A DNA stretch of 41,245 nucleotides from Chrysochromulina tobinii. Its lineage: Eukaryota. The translations under genes and the position numbers were made by a program. Position 1 is the stretch's first letter. Each line of letters starts with the position of its first letter. Shown in pieces: positions 1 through 11,354 of this stretch. The stretch lies in the NCBI GenBank assembly GCA_001275005.1, contig JWZX01003369.1, positions 1 through 41,245 on the forward strand, in the 5' to 3' direction. Below the pieces are notes generated by a model. That model was not told the DNA's origin. It worked only from the letters and a program-made list of their open reading frames with translations, and did no database searches.

Positions 1-349
1 AGCGGTCACGGAGTGGTCTTCATGACTCACCACCGGCGGCAGCCAGGAAGGTCCAGGACGCACGAAAGACGCCGGACCGCCCTGACCCAGAGCGCAGAAG
101 TGTGAATTGGTTGTGAACACTTTCCTCCCTGGTCACTCCCTGCTGCTACTAGTCTACAGTACGGCTGCGAAAGCCTGGACGCCGCGTAGCCGAGTGCAGC
201 AAGCTATACCAGTCCCATCTGTATGCTCTACGTAGCGTGTCGTACTGGCGAGTGGACCGGGACAATGCACCCATGATCCTCATGGCTCGTGGCGCCATGC
301 GCTCGTCCCGGTGTGGCCGAAATAAGCGAGTGCGCCACTCGCCACTCGC

Positions 350-1525
350 TCACGCGCACTTGGAACACAGGCAAAAGCCTGGCGGGCCGTCGTGCAGCTC
401 GCCGTCGTGCAGCTCGTCCTCGTCATCTTCGTCGCCCTCCTTGAACTCCGCCGTGTCCTCGTGTATCATCTCCATGGGCGCAAACAGGCCGTCGCCGTCA
501 TCACCCTCGTCGTTGTCGTCATCGTCGCTGCTGCCGAGCTCGATCGCCGTATCGGCGTCGCCGCCCGTCTCGCGCAGTCGTTTCTTCGTGGCCTCACGCG
601 CGGAGAGCGGCTGCTGTCCAACGCGCGCCAGCGCCGCCTGCCGTGCCGCCTCGGCGGGCGTGCGGCTCGCCTGCGCCGCCGCCAGTTGCTTCCCCTCGAC
701 CGTTCGCTTGTCGATCATCTTCTGCTTCCGACCGAGCGCGGGCTTCTTCCTCTTACCGCCGCCAGCGCCAGAGCTCCCGCTGGGCCCGCCGCGTGCGCGA
801 CTGCGCCTGCGACCGCCGCCGCCGCCGCCGCCGCCGCCCAGCAGCCGCCTCTTGCTGCGGCATCCGCCTTCGACCGAGCCGTCACCCTCTCCGAAGTCCT
901 CGCCCTCGCCCGCCGCGCCCCCACCTTCCTTGCCCCCCTCGACGATGCTCACCCCGTCTGCCAGTAGCCTCTTGTAGACGCCCCACACCTCTCGATTCTT
1001 CTCATAGAACTCAGGCGGGTGCACGTCTTCGATCCCCAGTCCGGAGATGTGAGTCATCTCGTGGATCATCACGGCCATCAACTGCCGGAATGAACGGAAC
1101 GCGTTGCACTGCCTCGACGGGCGCTGGCGGAGCTGCAAGGTGATGTCGGCCGTGCCTTGGCGGTCGTGGTAGCACATGCCGCCGGGGCCGCCGACGTGCT
1201 CCTTTAGGTGCTTGACGGTCCAGCCATAATGGCGCAGCACGGGGTCGCTATGCCTTTTGAGCCGAGCGAGCAGTCGCTGTGCCTCGGCGATCGACGCGGC
1301 ATCTTTCACGCCGTCGTGGCCGAGGCCGTCGAGCGGCACCGTCCACCATACCGATCGGTACTCGTCGCTGTTCCAAAGCTCGTGCACTCCGGAGCGCTTT
1401 TCCTTGGTCCGCTCGGCACCGGCGGAGGGCTCGATGACGCTTGTAAGTGAGAGGACGTTGGATCCGCCACTAAGTGCCACAGCGGCCGACGAGGGTGCGC
1501 CCCAACCAGTCTTGTGTGGCTCCAT
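350..1525 (-). CDS. WSS1: WLM-domain (Wss1-like) zinc metalloprotease
   Basis: ORF 350..1585, first ATG at 1525. Contains PVLRHYGWTVKHLKE, ITLQLR...FRSFRQLMAVMIHEMTH (HExxH) and HPPEFY, typical of WLM domains. Downstream are a VIM-like TPAEAARQAALAR and a SIM-like AIELGSSDDDD. Confidence 0.85.
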   Translation of the reverse strand: MEPHKTGWGAPSSAAVALSGGSNVLSLTSVIEPSAGAERTKEKRSGVHELWNSDEYRSVWWTVPLDGLGHDGVKDAASIAEAQRLLARLKRHSDPVLRHYGWTVKHLKEHVGGPGGMCYHDRQGTADITLQLRQRPSRQCNAFRSFRQLMAVMIHEMTHISGLGIEDVHPPEFYEKNREVWGVYKRLLADGVSIVEGGKEGGGAAGEGEDFGEGDGSVEGGCRSKRRLLGGGGGGGGGRRRSRARGGPSGSSGAGGGKRKKPALGRKQKMIDKRTVEGKQLAAAQASRTPAEAARQAALARVGQQPLSAREATKKRLRETGGDADTAIELGSSDDDDNDEGDDGDGLFAPMEMIHEDTAEFKEGDEDDEDELHDGELHDGPPGFCLCSKCA

Positions 1526-2055
1526 ACGTTGGAAGGGTCGAGAGAAGGAGGCCCTTGGCCGCCGCGCCCTTCCGCCCGCGGTCACCGCTCAATGCCGCCG
1601 ACCTCCGCTCGCGGAGCGGACCATTTTAGGCAGCCTTACGTTTCCCCACAGTGGGGGGCACGCCATGACCCTTTAGGTTAGGTCCTCCACCTCGCGGCCG
1701 GTGAAGCGACGCGTGCGTGGGTGGGACGGGATGCCAGATCATGGGACCGTGCCACATTTAAGCATTGAAAGCACTAGATTGCTCATATGTTCGGTTCGCG
1801 CATGAGCCATGAGGGACGCATCTCATCGAGACAACCGGCGCGTGCGTCCCCGTTGAGTCTCTACAATACCATCACAAGCTCAGCTGCAGCACGCATCTAC
1901 ACATCGATATATCAATAATATATATAGTACACATCGCAAGACATGCCGACTTTATTGAGAATCCCGTCACCTGGCGCGTGGTCGGTGGTGCGCACCCCCC
2001 GTCCATGACCCAGTCCACAGAGCGCAGATGCTCGCAGCTTTGACCAACCTCAACA

Positions 2056-5000
2056 TCACACAACAGAGCCTACAGTCTTCTCTGCTGACGCGTGCTGCTC
2101 CGCAAGGCGCTGCTCCCACTCGCCTACGACGCCGTCAAAGTCGTCGCCTGAGCGCACGAGTGCGCGCTTGCCCGTCTCAGTTCGGGTCGCCTGCAGCGGC
2201 AGGAAGGCGCCGACGGCACCGCCCTCGTTCAGGTACCTTAGGAGGACTTCCCACAGCTTCGAGTCGGCCGCGAGCGCCTCGGCGTTGCCGATCACGTACA
2301 GCCCGAGCCGCGCGCGTGAGAGCGCCGCGCCCATGCGCGGCTCGGAGCCGACCAGCCCCAGTGCGCCTTGCGGAGGCTTCTCGGCGCCCGGCACGGCGCC
2401 CGCCAGCGCGGCAGGTGGCGAACGTACGAGCGAGAGCAGCACGATGTCGTTCTCTTCGCCATGGTACGCGTCGATCAAGCTGGTGACCACCTGCTCGAGC
2501 CCCGGCACCCCCAACGCCCGCAGCTCGCGCTGCACTGTGAGCAGCTGGCCGCAGTACGGCGCGAGCACGGTCATCTGGCGGGGGGCATAGCCCTGGCGCA
2601 TCAAGTAGAGCGCGAACGCCGCGCAAAACTTGGCCTCGTGCACGTTGCACCGCGATCGGCTCGAGGCCTCGACGCTCTCTGGCTTCGTGTGCTTGAGCAT
2701 GTACACGGCACGTTCGACCCCCTTGACCCCGCCCTTGGAGGAAGGGCCCGCGGCGGTGGCGCCACCGACAGCCTCCGCCAGGGGATAGAGGGGGCGAAGC
2801 AGACGCGAGAGCGCGGCGGGTAGCCGATGCTGCAGCGTGAGGCGCCCCCCCATGTCCGCCGCTGCGTGGGACTTATCGCGCAAGACGAGAAGGCGCTCAA
2901 ACATCGACGTGGGCAGCCGAAAGGTACGGGCGAGGCGGGCGACGGACGATCGTGGGTGCACTTGCTGCCGGTCGCCACAGAGTATGAGATGCGTGAGCGA
3001 CGGCGTGATGGCGATGAGCGTGTGGCTCTCGAGCGCCTCGGCTGCGTCGTCCACCACGACCACCTGGCACTCGAGCGCCGCCACGAGCGGCGCGTACTGT
3101 GTGAAGGCGCTCCGCGTCATGCCCACGAGCCTCGCTCGACGCAGCACCCTCAAGTGCATCTGCTGCTGCAGCTGCAGCTTCTCGCGGCAAGCGCGCTCAT
3201 ACTGCTCGCACAAGCCAGCGAGCCGCTCGTACATCGTCCCAAATTTGGAGTGGAGCCAGAGCCAGGCAAGCTGCTCCCGCTCAACCGTATCGAGCTGCCA
3301 CAGGTCGTCATGCTCGAGCAGCCTCTCGCGCGTCTCGTCATCGGGGTACGCGAGGTCATCCGCACGGCTGACGGGCATCGGCGGGCCCTCCTCCTCCAAC
3401 CCTCGCGAGGCGCACGGCTCGTCCTTGGTGCGCCCAGTACGGCGCTCGCTCACGTTGCCCGGCGTCCACGCGGCAGTCCACGTGGCACGCTCGTGCTCCG
3501 AGGCAAGGAACAGCTCGCCGTTACGCGCGAGCCGCAGCTCCTCTTCCCACAGCTCCTCCTCGGCCGCCCCCTTATCATCGTACTCGACGCGCGTGATCGC
3601 AGCCCAGTCTGCCTTTCGGTTACCGGCCGAGCGCACGAGCCGTTCACGAGTGGGCGCGCTCGATGCGAGCTTGGCCGTTTCACGCCGGGCGAGCTCTGCG
3701 GCCGTCACGAGCGCCGACGGCCGCGCGGGCTGCCGTTCCGCCGTGGCAAGCAGTGCCTCCGCCGCCCGCTCCTCCGCGGCCTTGCGTATGGGGTCGAGCC
3801 ACGTGGCGAGTGCCTGCTCTATGTGCATCCAGCCCGTGGGCGAAGCGCACAGCGACATGATCTGCGCGGTCGTGCACCCCTCCTCGACGTCCTCTACCGT
3901 CGGCTCCCGCTGCGCGAGGTCCTCCGCCACCAATCGCTCGATTTGGGCACGCAGCTCCGCCTGCTGCTTGGTCCAGCTCTTCCAGGCCTTCAGATGCGCT
4001 GCGTCGTGCTCGGCCTCGGCAGATGCGAGCCGCCCAATCTCACAGGGCTGCATCCGCGCACTCTCGGAGCGCGCACCCACACGCACCAGCGGCAGCTCGG
4101 GCGCGCTGTCCAGCAGGCCGCCGAGCGCCATATCGAGCGCCACGTTGCTCGAGCACACGAGGAGCACCGGTGCAGTGAGCCCCGCCTCCTTGCGCGCGTG
4201 CAGCAGCGCCACGAGCGCGCGCTGCAGCACCAGCGACTTACCGGTCGCCGGGGCGCCGTGGAGAACGCTCAACTCGGCGCTCAGCACGTGCTCCAGCGCC
4301 CTCTTCTGGGGCGCATCGAGCGCCACGCCGCCGCCCTCGGGGGCGCCGGCTGGGGCTCCGGCTGAGGCTCCGGCTGAGGCTCCGGCTGCTCTGGCCACAT
4401 CGAGCATGGTCGCGTGCGAGGCGAGCGGCGCGCTCGGTGCGCCCTTGAGCAAGCACGGCTGCATGGGCAGCGAGGGCACCGTCCATGCGCTGGAGGGCCT
4501 GCAGCACGTGCCGGTGCGTTTCGAAGCATGCGGGCGACTCGGCGATCAGAAAGCGAGTCCCCTTGGTTTGGGCGCCGAGGAAGGCGCGGTGCTCGCCTTC
4601 GAAAAGGAACACGTCGATGGTCGGGGGCAGCCCGGCGCTGCCGAGGAGCTCGCGGCTCGCGACGGTCGCCCATAAGATCGTGTCGAAGCCATCGCACGAG
4701 AGTGCAAGCAGGGAGCCGAACAGCAGGCGCTGTGTGCGTGTCCAGTCGACGTACACGTCTGCCACGAAGGTGAGACGGTACATGAAGCCCTTGGCAGTGC
4801 ATCGGACCGACTGCAACTCGGCCTCCCGATACAGATGCATGCGCCGCTCGTCGAGCGGGGCGCCCTTGCGCAGCGCCGTGATGCCCGCACGCAAGGGCGC
4901 GAGGGTCTCTTCGCGCAGCAAGAGGAATTGGCTCATCAGGTACTCCTCTGCACTCTCGAAGGTGCCTTCGCTCACCCGGCGCGGCAGCTGGAGGGGCTCT

Positions 5001-6268
5001 CCCGACAGGTCCGAGTGCGTGGGGAAGACGGGCAACGAGCGCCAGTCCGGCGGCGTCTCAACGTCCGGCTCGCTGGCGAGCGCTGTCGCCTTGCGCGAGC
5101 CTGAGCCCGCCCCGGCCGTGCTGCTCGCCTCTGTCGACCCCGTGACGGACCCCGCACACCATGCGCTTTGCACCTTGAGGCTAGCCGCTGCTGCACCCGC
5201 GCCCGACGCCGCTTCGACGGTGGCCGCCGCGCCCTTGCCACCAGCCGCTCCCGCCGCCACGCCGATCGCCGCGGCGGCGCCACCGAGGGGGCGTGGCGGC
5301 AGCACGAGTGTGCTCAGGTCGGTGCCGCCGCCGTCCTCGACGTCCCTCGAGCTCTTGGGTGCCGTGCTGGGCGCCCTGGTCGACGCGATGGGCGGCGCGA
5401 TCGGCGAGACGCTCTCGGACTCCGTGCCGGCCTCCCAGTCATCCGCCACGCCCGACAGGTCCTCTGCGGGCTCCGGCAGCGGTGGGGGCGGTGGCGGAGG
5501 GGGCGGCGTGCCACGTGGCAGAGTTCCCTGGTGCACCTCGGGCGAGTTCGGCTGGCCGTGCTTGGAGAGACTCGGATACTCCGCCTCGTCCAGCCTCGAG
5601 CTCGAGGCCGCGTCCGCCGCCGGCATCGCCCCCGCCAGCTCGGGCGGCACGAGCGCCGAGAGAGCTCCCAGGACGCCCTCGATGAGCTCCTCCTGTGCAT
5701 GCGAGAGGTTCACGGCGCGCGCAGCAGCCCGGAGCGGTGCCACGAGCTCCCGGAGCTGGAGGGGAACGTCAGGCTCGAGCTTGAAGCGGCGCTGCAGAAG
5801 CGTGAGTAACGTGGCCAGTTGCGTGAAGCACGCTAGGCTGGGAGGCGCACTGCCCACGTTCTCACGAGAGAGCAACGGCAGATGCTCGACGTACCTCACC
5901 ATGGGCATCACTGCCGGCTCCGAAGAAACCGCGCCCGTGCCGTCGGCACCGCCAGCGTTGCCGCCGCCACCGTTGAAACCGCCACCGTTGTGCGGGAGCC
6001 GAAAGAGAGGCGAGGCGAGGAGTCGAGTGTACAGTGGCGCCGACTTTTCGCTGAGCGAGTGGTCGCAGATGGCGGGAGATGCGAGTAGCGCCACCAGCCG
6101 ACGCGTGACCGCGGGCGCGGGCGCCTCGGCTGCGAGGATGTCCAGCAGCATCTGCGGCGGCTTGTTGCCGAGGAGAAGCCCCACCGCGCCCGCACTCTTG
6201 CCCGGTGAGCTCAGCTCTACCTCGCGCTTCTCGAGCCACTTGGCGCGGGACGCCGAGGTGCTATCGAG

Positions 6269-6306
<38 letters not shown>

Positions 6307-7957
6307 GGCCACTATCCGCTGCGACCACGGAGTCGTGATGGTGTTTGACCTCCCTGGCGTCGCGTGGCGCGGCGTCCGTGCGCGCGCCGACCGCGCCATC
6401 GGCATCGAGCGGCCGCCACTTTGGCGCGCCACGTTGGGCACTTGGCGCACCAGCGCCGCCGCCGGCCGCTCGCTTGGCAGCGGCGGCTGCGGCAGTCGGG
6501 TTGTCGATCGCCTCGCGCCACGCAGGGATCTTTGAGACCATCGCGTCGACAAGGAGCTCCTTTAGGTCCTCATGGAACGTCTCGGGGAAGAGTTTCGTCA
6601 CCTCCTGGGGCAGAAAGAGCCCCGCGACCGGCCGACTGGGAGATTCGGTGAGCTGCCACAGCATCGCCTTCGCACATTCGATCAGAGGGATGAGCTCACC
6701 CTCAATAGAGCTCATCTTCAGCGCTGAGGCGAGCTCGGTGCAGCGCGCGGGCGGCACCCTCCCGTCGCGGTGCGTGAACACATCGTCGAGGAATCGGATG
6801 ATCTCCTCGGGGGATCGCGCGCGCAGCAAGCTGAGTAACGGCTTCGTCTCGAGCCGCCCTTCATGGGTGAGCATGCGCCCCGCCGCCGACTTGAGGTCGG
6901 ATTGCTGGCGCTGGATGTCGCGCAGTGAGCTGCCGGCGGGTGCGCCCCAGCCGCTGGCGCCGCCGCTGCTGCCGCCGCGGCCGCGATGGCCACCGCCGCC
7001 GCCGCCGCTGCTGCCGCCGCCGCTGCCACCGCCGCTGCCGCCGCCCCTCCGAGGGTTCACACCGCAGTTCACACCGCCGTCCCGGCGCGCTCCCCCATCG
7101 GAGCCCCCGCGCATGCTGATCCCCGCTCCCAGCCCAGCTCCCATGCCCATGCCAGCACCGCCTGGGCGGAGGCTCCCCTCGCCCACGCCCTCACAGCCAG
7201 CGAGCTTCCCGCCGGGCATCATGTCCAGCGTGAGCGTGCCGAGGACCGCGCCGCTGGAGCCGAAGCCTTTTACCGGTCGGAGGTTCAAGCCGATCACATC
7301 CGGTCCGCTAGGGGGCAGCCGCACGTTGGTCGCGCGCCGCTTGCCGCCATTCTTGCCACTGTGGTCCTCGACCACGTGGAACTCGACCAGGGTGCCCACG
7401 TAAATCTGGTCCATCGACGTGCCTGGGCTGAGGCTCGTCGCAAAGTGGAAGAAGATGTCTGTGAGTCACACGACGCCAGTGGGGTGAGCGCCAGTGGGGT
7501 GAGAGCCGATGGGTGCTTCCCGACGCGCGCCAGAGCGCGCGCAGGGAAGGTGCGTGCGCGCGCGCGTGCACGCGTGCACGCGGCGGCGGCGCTGGCGGCG
7601 GCGGCGGCAGGCAGCGGGCGGCGGCGGCGGCAGTAGCGGGAGCGCACCAGTCCGAGGCAGTCCCGAGGCTGCATCTGGCTGGATGAAGCCAAAGCGGTCC
7701 GACTCGCGCAGCGACACCACCTCGCCGAGAAAGAGTTGTCCCTCGAGCACATCGTCGCTGTTGCGACCGCCGCCGCCGGCACCATGGCGTCCGCCGCTGC
7801 CTTTGCTGCGTCGGTCACCATGGTTGTCCATTCTATCATCAAGTTCAGAGCGCGGCCTGGAGCCACCGCTCGGGCGAAAGCTACCGCCACGCTCGTCCTC
7901 ATCGAATCCTCCGCCACCGCCTGGTCTCAAGCTGAATCCTCCAGGTCTCAGACTCAT
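2056..7957 (-). CDS. ZNFX1: ZNFX1-like Upf1-family SF1 RNA helicase with N-terminal cold-shock (OB) domain; exons 7957-7648 and 7458-2056, with a +1 frameshift at ~4480
   Basis: Splicing 7647-7459 joins GEVVSLRESDRFGFIQPD to DIFFHF...VEF...RATNV (cold-shock RNP motifs). ZNFX1-type motifs: WRSLPVFPT, YLMSQFLLLREE, VDWTRTQRLLFGSLLALS, ESPACFETHRHVLQALQ, GAPATGKS, VVDDAAE, GDRQQV, SMFERL, QHRL, GEENDIVLLSLVRS, ALSRAR. Removing one G at 4480 joins ORF 4238..7414 to ORF 2056..4479. Confidence 0.82.
7459..7647 (-). other. Spliceosomal intron (189 nt, phase 1) inside the cold-shock domain
   Basis: Donor ACTG|GTGCGC and acceptor TGACTCACAG|AC. Splicing restores the frame and gives T-D-I-F-F-H-F. Confidence 0.85.
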
Positions 7958-8396
7958 AATGCAGCAGACCGCCAGCAAATAGATGCTGTCACCGCTGCTG
8001 CAAGGCCACCAGTGACGCGTGCCCTGTGCAGCGGTCGGCTTTCCTGAGCCGAGCAGCTCACAACGCAACGTGCGGTTGTAGGAGCGGCTAGCGGTTGCAA
8101 CAGCCCTGGCAGCGGCGCTCTGGGCAGCGGCGTCGGTGCGGCGCTAGTCGCGAGCACGCCGCCTTTCACAGCCAATGATTAAAACGTTCACAGCGCAGCA
8201 GGAAAAATTCGACTCTCAAGGTGAACGATGCGCATGTTCAGACGCCGGGTCAGGCCTTGACATCCTCCTTGTCGACCCAGAAGACTATCTCGCCATCAGT
8301 TCAAACTTCCATACTTGTCGTGAAGAAGCGCGTCTAGACTCGACCGAGACTCGGCCCCGTGTCCCTGTTCGACGAGCACGCAACCGGATTTGCATC

Positions 8397-9028
8397 ATGG
8401 CGGCCCCTAAAGGTCCCAAGACCTTCGCCACGCTCGAAGAGGCCAAGGCGGACATGAAGGTGCTCATCGAAGAGTTGCTATCCAATAAGGAGGCCCTGCT
8501 GGCGATTGCCGCCGATCCGGAGAATGACACTCAACAGAAGAAGATTGCAAAGCTCATGCCCAAGCTCGTCCAAATCTTGGGGCCCAAGCTCGTGGAGAAA
8601 GGCTTTTGCGCGGCACCCGCTCAAGCATCGATGGGTGCGTGCCCGGATGCACAAATGATTGCACGCCACCCCATGGATGGACAGGCGAACGTTGTCTCCT
8701 TCCTGTCTCACACACGAACGGATGGAGTGTGCGCGTGGTGTGGCAGGGATCATGATGGGGGCGATGGCATGCCAGAAGGCAGCGGCCCCGGTGGAGGTTG
8801 GCGGCTTCGCGGGTGGCGAGGTGATCAAAGAAGGTGCGAGCTGCTCCTCGATGCACTTTACGCTGCCCCGTGGCGGGTTTCTGCGTCGCCGGGGAGGATG
8901 CCCTTGACTGACGCAGCATGCTCGCCTGCTTCCTTGCATTGGCAGCCATGAATCTGCTGCAGGGCGCCATGATGAAGGGAGAAGTGGACGAGGCGAAGCT
9001 CCAGGAAGTGGTGGCCAAGCTCTCCTAG
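8397..9028 (+). CDS. Small helical protein (135 aa), weakly protein C10/C12orf57-like; exons 8397-8634, 8747-8833, 8946-9028
   Basis: Two GT-AG introns (GTGCGT..GGCAG; GTGCGA..GGCAG) give one continuous ORF MAAPKGPKTFATLEEAKADMKVLIEEL...KLVEKGF...GIMMGAMACQ...AMNLLQGAMM...VVAKLS*. The family assignment is tentative. Confidence 0.7.
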
Positions 9029-9344
9029 TCAATCAACCGTAATCACGACGCTCCCCACACCGAATCCAGCGGGAGGTCCGAGTCCCTCGTAGCAGAAACG
9101 CTGCTCGAGCACTTTTCAGCGCCTCGTCGCTAATAAAACTGTTGCGGCGAGCGCGCCGCTGCCCGAGCGTCTTACTGTAGGTGCGCGACTAGTCGGCGTG
9201 TCACGCTTTTGATTTACGTTGGCGAGTTAGGGGGAAGGGGCGCACGGCGCGTGGGGCGGCCAGCTCGCCGACTAGAAACGACGGTTTCAATTTCGTCCCT
9301 CGCGGCACGAGGAAACAACTTGCAACTTCCACGTTGATCCACAC

Positions 9345-11354
9345 ATGGAGGAGCACGACGCCCGTACGGCTGCGGCCACCACGCTGCAAAGGCTGGAGCG
9401 AGGACGCTCAATGCGCGCCCACGTAAAGGAGACACATCAATCGTTGTCCAACGTAGAGAAGGCGCAGAGGATCGAGGCGACCATCCTAACACGAAAGCTC
9501 ATTATATTCTTCCTTGAGGCCGACGAGCTCAGCGACCGTCGCATCGACTTTGATCAGTTTGTGAAGGCGCTGCCCAGTGGCGTCCGAGAGAAGCACGAGC
9601 CTCGTGAGATACAAGCCTGGTTCAATCTGATGGATCACGATCGCGACAAAATCGTGACACTAACTGAAGCTGTGCTGTGTGCTATCTCTCTGGCCTCATT
9701 CCTCTCTGGAGCCGGCATCCTCGAGATCTTGCAGCAATACGATGACAATGGCAGCGGCCGTCTTTCGGAGCGAGAGTTCGCCCACGCTGCACGTGAACTG
9801 GGCTTCGGTGATGAAGCAAACCATGTCTTCCACTCGCTACCTCTGCGTGCAGATCAGAATATCGACTACGTCGACCTGCTCGAGGACGCGAAACTGACGT
9901 CTCAAGATAAAAAAATAGCGATCCGATTCATCACGGCCATGTCATGGAGCGGGCGCGGCGCTCATGCTCCACCAGACGTCGACACGCGCGGCTGGAGCTT
10001 TACGGGTGAAGATGTCGAAAGCGCAAGAACCAATCTTCGTACGCTCTTGAACGCGCACAGAGTCAAGCTTTCGGAAGTCTTTGATATAATCGACACGTCT
10101 GACGATCAGCGAGTCAGCCGGGAGGAATTTGTTGTAAGCTTCCACAACGTCCTTGGCTTTCAAGGCCGGCGCGAAATCACCGAAGAAATCTTTGCTGCCC
10201 TCGACGAATTTGACAGGGGGGTTGTCACATTTGATTCGCTTAATGGGTGGTTGAAGGGGACGGGCGTGAACCACCGATCCCAAATCGTGGCCGCAAAGCA
10301 ACTCTCCATCGCCCCAACGTGCGTGTGTGCGGAAGAGCCACCTTGGGACACAAGTCGGTTGCGCAAGGAGCTTCAGAAACTGCTCGACGACGCTGGGTTG
10401 CAGATCGCAGATCTGTTTGATGCCTGGGACGATGATTGCAATGGGGACCTTCGTAAAAAGGAATGGCTCGTCCACTTTAAGAAGCTCACGTTGCGAGGGG
10501 GGATCTCAGAAGAGTTGTGGTACTCCAAAATTCGCAACGCAGTGAACGACGCGTATGCAGAGATCGAGAAAGGACGAGCAATGCGCAGGAAGGTTCCTGG
10601 CATTGCGTTGGTCATCGACGGCATTGTCGAGCTCGGAGATCTCGACATGTGGCTGCAGGGTTTGGCAGGAAAGCCATCCAAGAAACGCCGAGCAAGCAAT
10701 GATTCTATTAGCTTGCCAACCCTCGAGGGGAAGGCTCCCGTGGGAAAGGAGCGCGGAATCGCGCAGTTCAACGACGAGCGAGGTGAGCAGCATGACCAGC
10801 TCAAGAAGCTCGAACGCGAGTGGACGGTGGGTGCGCCTGTTCGAACGAGTAGCAAGCCCATGAGCAAGATCTCCAAAGGCAAGACGCAACAACGCTTGCC
10901 CCAAAGCTCGTCGACACACACACTTCAAGGCCGCGTGGGGCCAGCTGGAGTGCACGACGTCCCGCAGTTGAAGAAGCTGCCTTCTGAAGCGGACCTCGCT
11001 CATCTGCGGCAGCTCCTCGAGGTCGCAAAGGAGAGCGGCATCACTTCGCCGGAGGTGCAGATTGCCAAAGCACGGCTGGCAAATGCCGAGCGACGGCGGG
11101 AAGAGGCATCGAACGTCGGTAAGGCGCCCAAAAACACGCGACTGCCTCAGATTTCAGGTCTACGTGGCGCTGCAGTCAGTCACTTCGAGGCGCCGCCTGA
11201 TGACGCAGAGGGGCCTTCGCCTAGCCGACCTTCGCCTAGCCGAAAGCCCGATCGTCAGCGGTCGTTGCACACTCGTTATCAGAATTTCGTCATCGGGCGC
11301 ATGTTTGAGGCGCGTGCGCGTGCGAGGCTCATGGTCAGTGGCACGTTCACGTGA
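9345..11354 (+). CDS. Multi-EF-hand calcium-binding protein (669 aa)
   Basis: EF-hand loops DHDRDKIVTLTE, DDNGSGRLSERE, DTSDDQRVSREE, DEFDRGVVTFDS and DDDCNGDLRKKE, followed by a disordered basic C-terminus. Confidence 0.8.
   Translation: MEEHDARTAAATTLQRLERGRSMRAHVKETHQSLSNVEKAQRIEATILTRKLIIFFLEADELSDRRIDFDQFVKALPSGVREKHEPREIQAWFNLMDHDRDKIVTLTEAVLCAISLASFLSGAGILEILQQYDDNGSGRLSEREFAHAARELGFGDEANHVFHSLPLRADQNIDYVDLLEDAKLTSQDKKIAIRFITAMSWSGRGAHAPPDVDTRGWSFTGEDVESARTNLRTLLNAHRVKLSEVFDIIDTSDDQRVSREEFVVSFHNVLGFQGRREITEEIFAALDEFDRGVVTFDSLNGWLKGTGVNHRSQIVAAKQLSIAPTCVCAEEPPWDTSRLRKELQKLLDDAGLQIADLFDAWDDDCNGDLRKKEWLVHFKKLTLRGGISEELWYSKIRNAVNDAYAEIEKGRAMRRKVPGIALVIDGIVELGDLDMWLQGLAGKPSKKRRASNDSISLPTLEGKAPVGKERGIAQFNDERGEQHDQLKKLEREWTVGAPVRTSSKPMSKISKGKTQQRLPQSSSTHTLQGRVGPAGVHDVPQLKKLPSEADLAHLRQLLEVAKESGITSPEVQIAKARLANAERRREEASNVGKAPKNTRLPQISGLRGAAVSHFEAPPDDAEGPSPSRPSPSRKPDRQRSLHTRYQNFVIGRMFEARARARLMVSGTFT

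Noticed and set aside
1..352. Selenocysteine readthrough of the WLM gene TGA or a SECIS element
   Set aside because: The sequence after the TGA is not protein-like and no convincing SECIS structure could be identified by eye.
4459..4479. 21-nt GT..AG micro-intron as an explanation of the helicase frameshift
   Set aside because: Its length is a multiple of 3, so it cannot restore the frame, and it would delete the conserved LPMQ segment.
2827..7403. Long plus-strand ORFs (512, 612, 617, 352 aa)
   Set aside because: They are antisense shadows of the GC-rich helicase gene with no recognisable motifs. The same applies to most short ORFs in the track.
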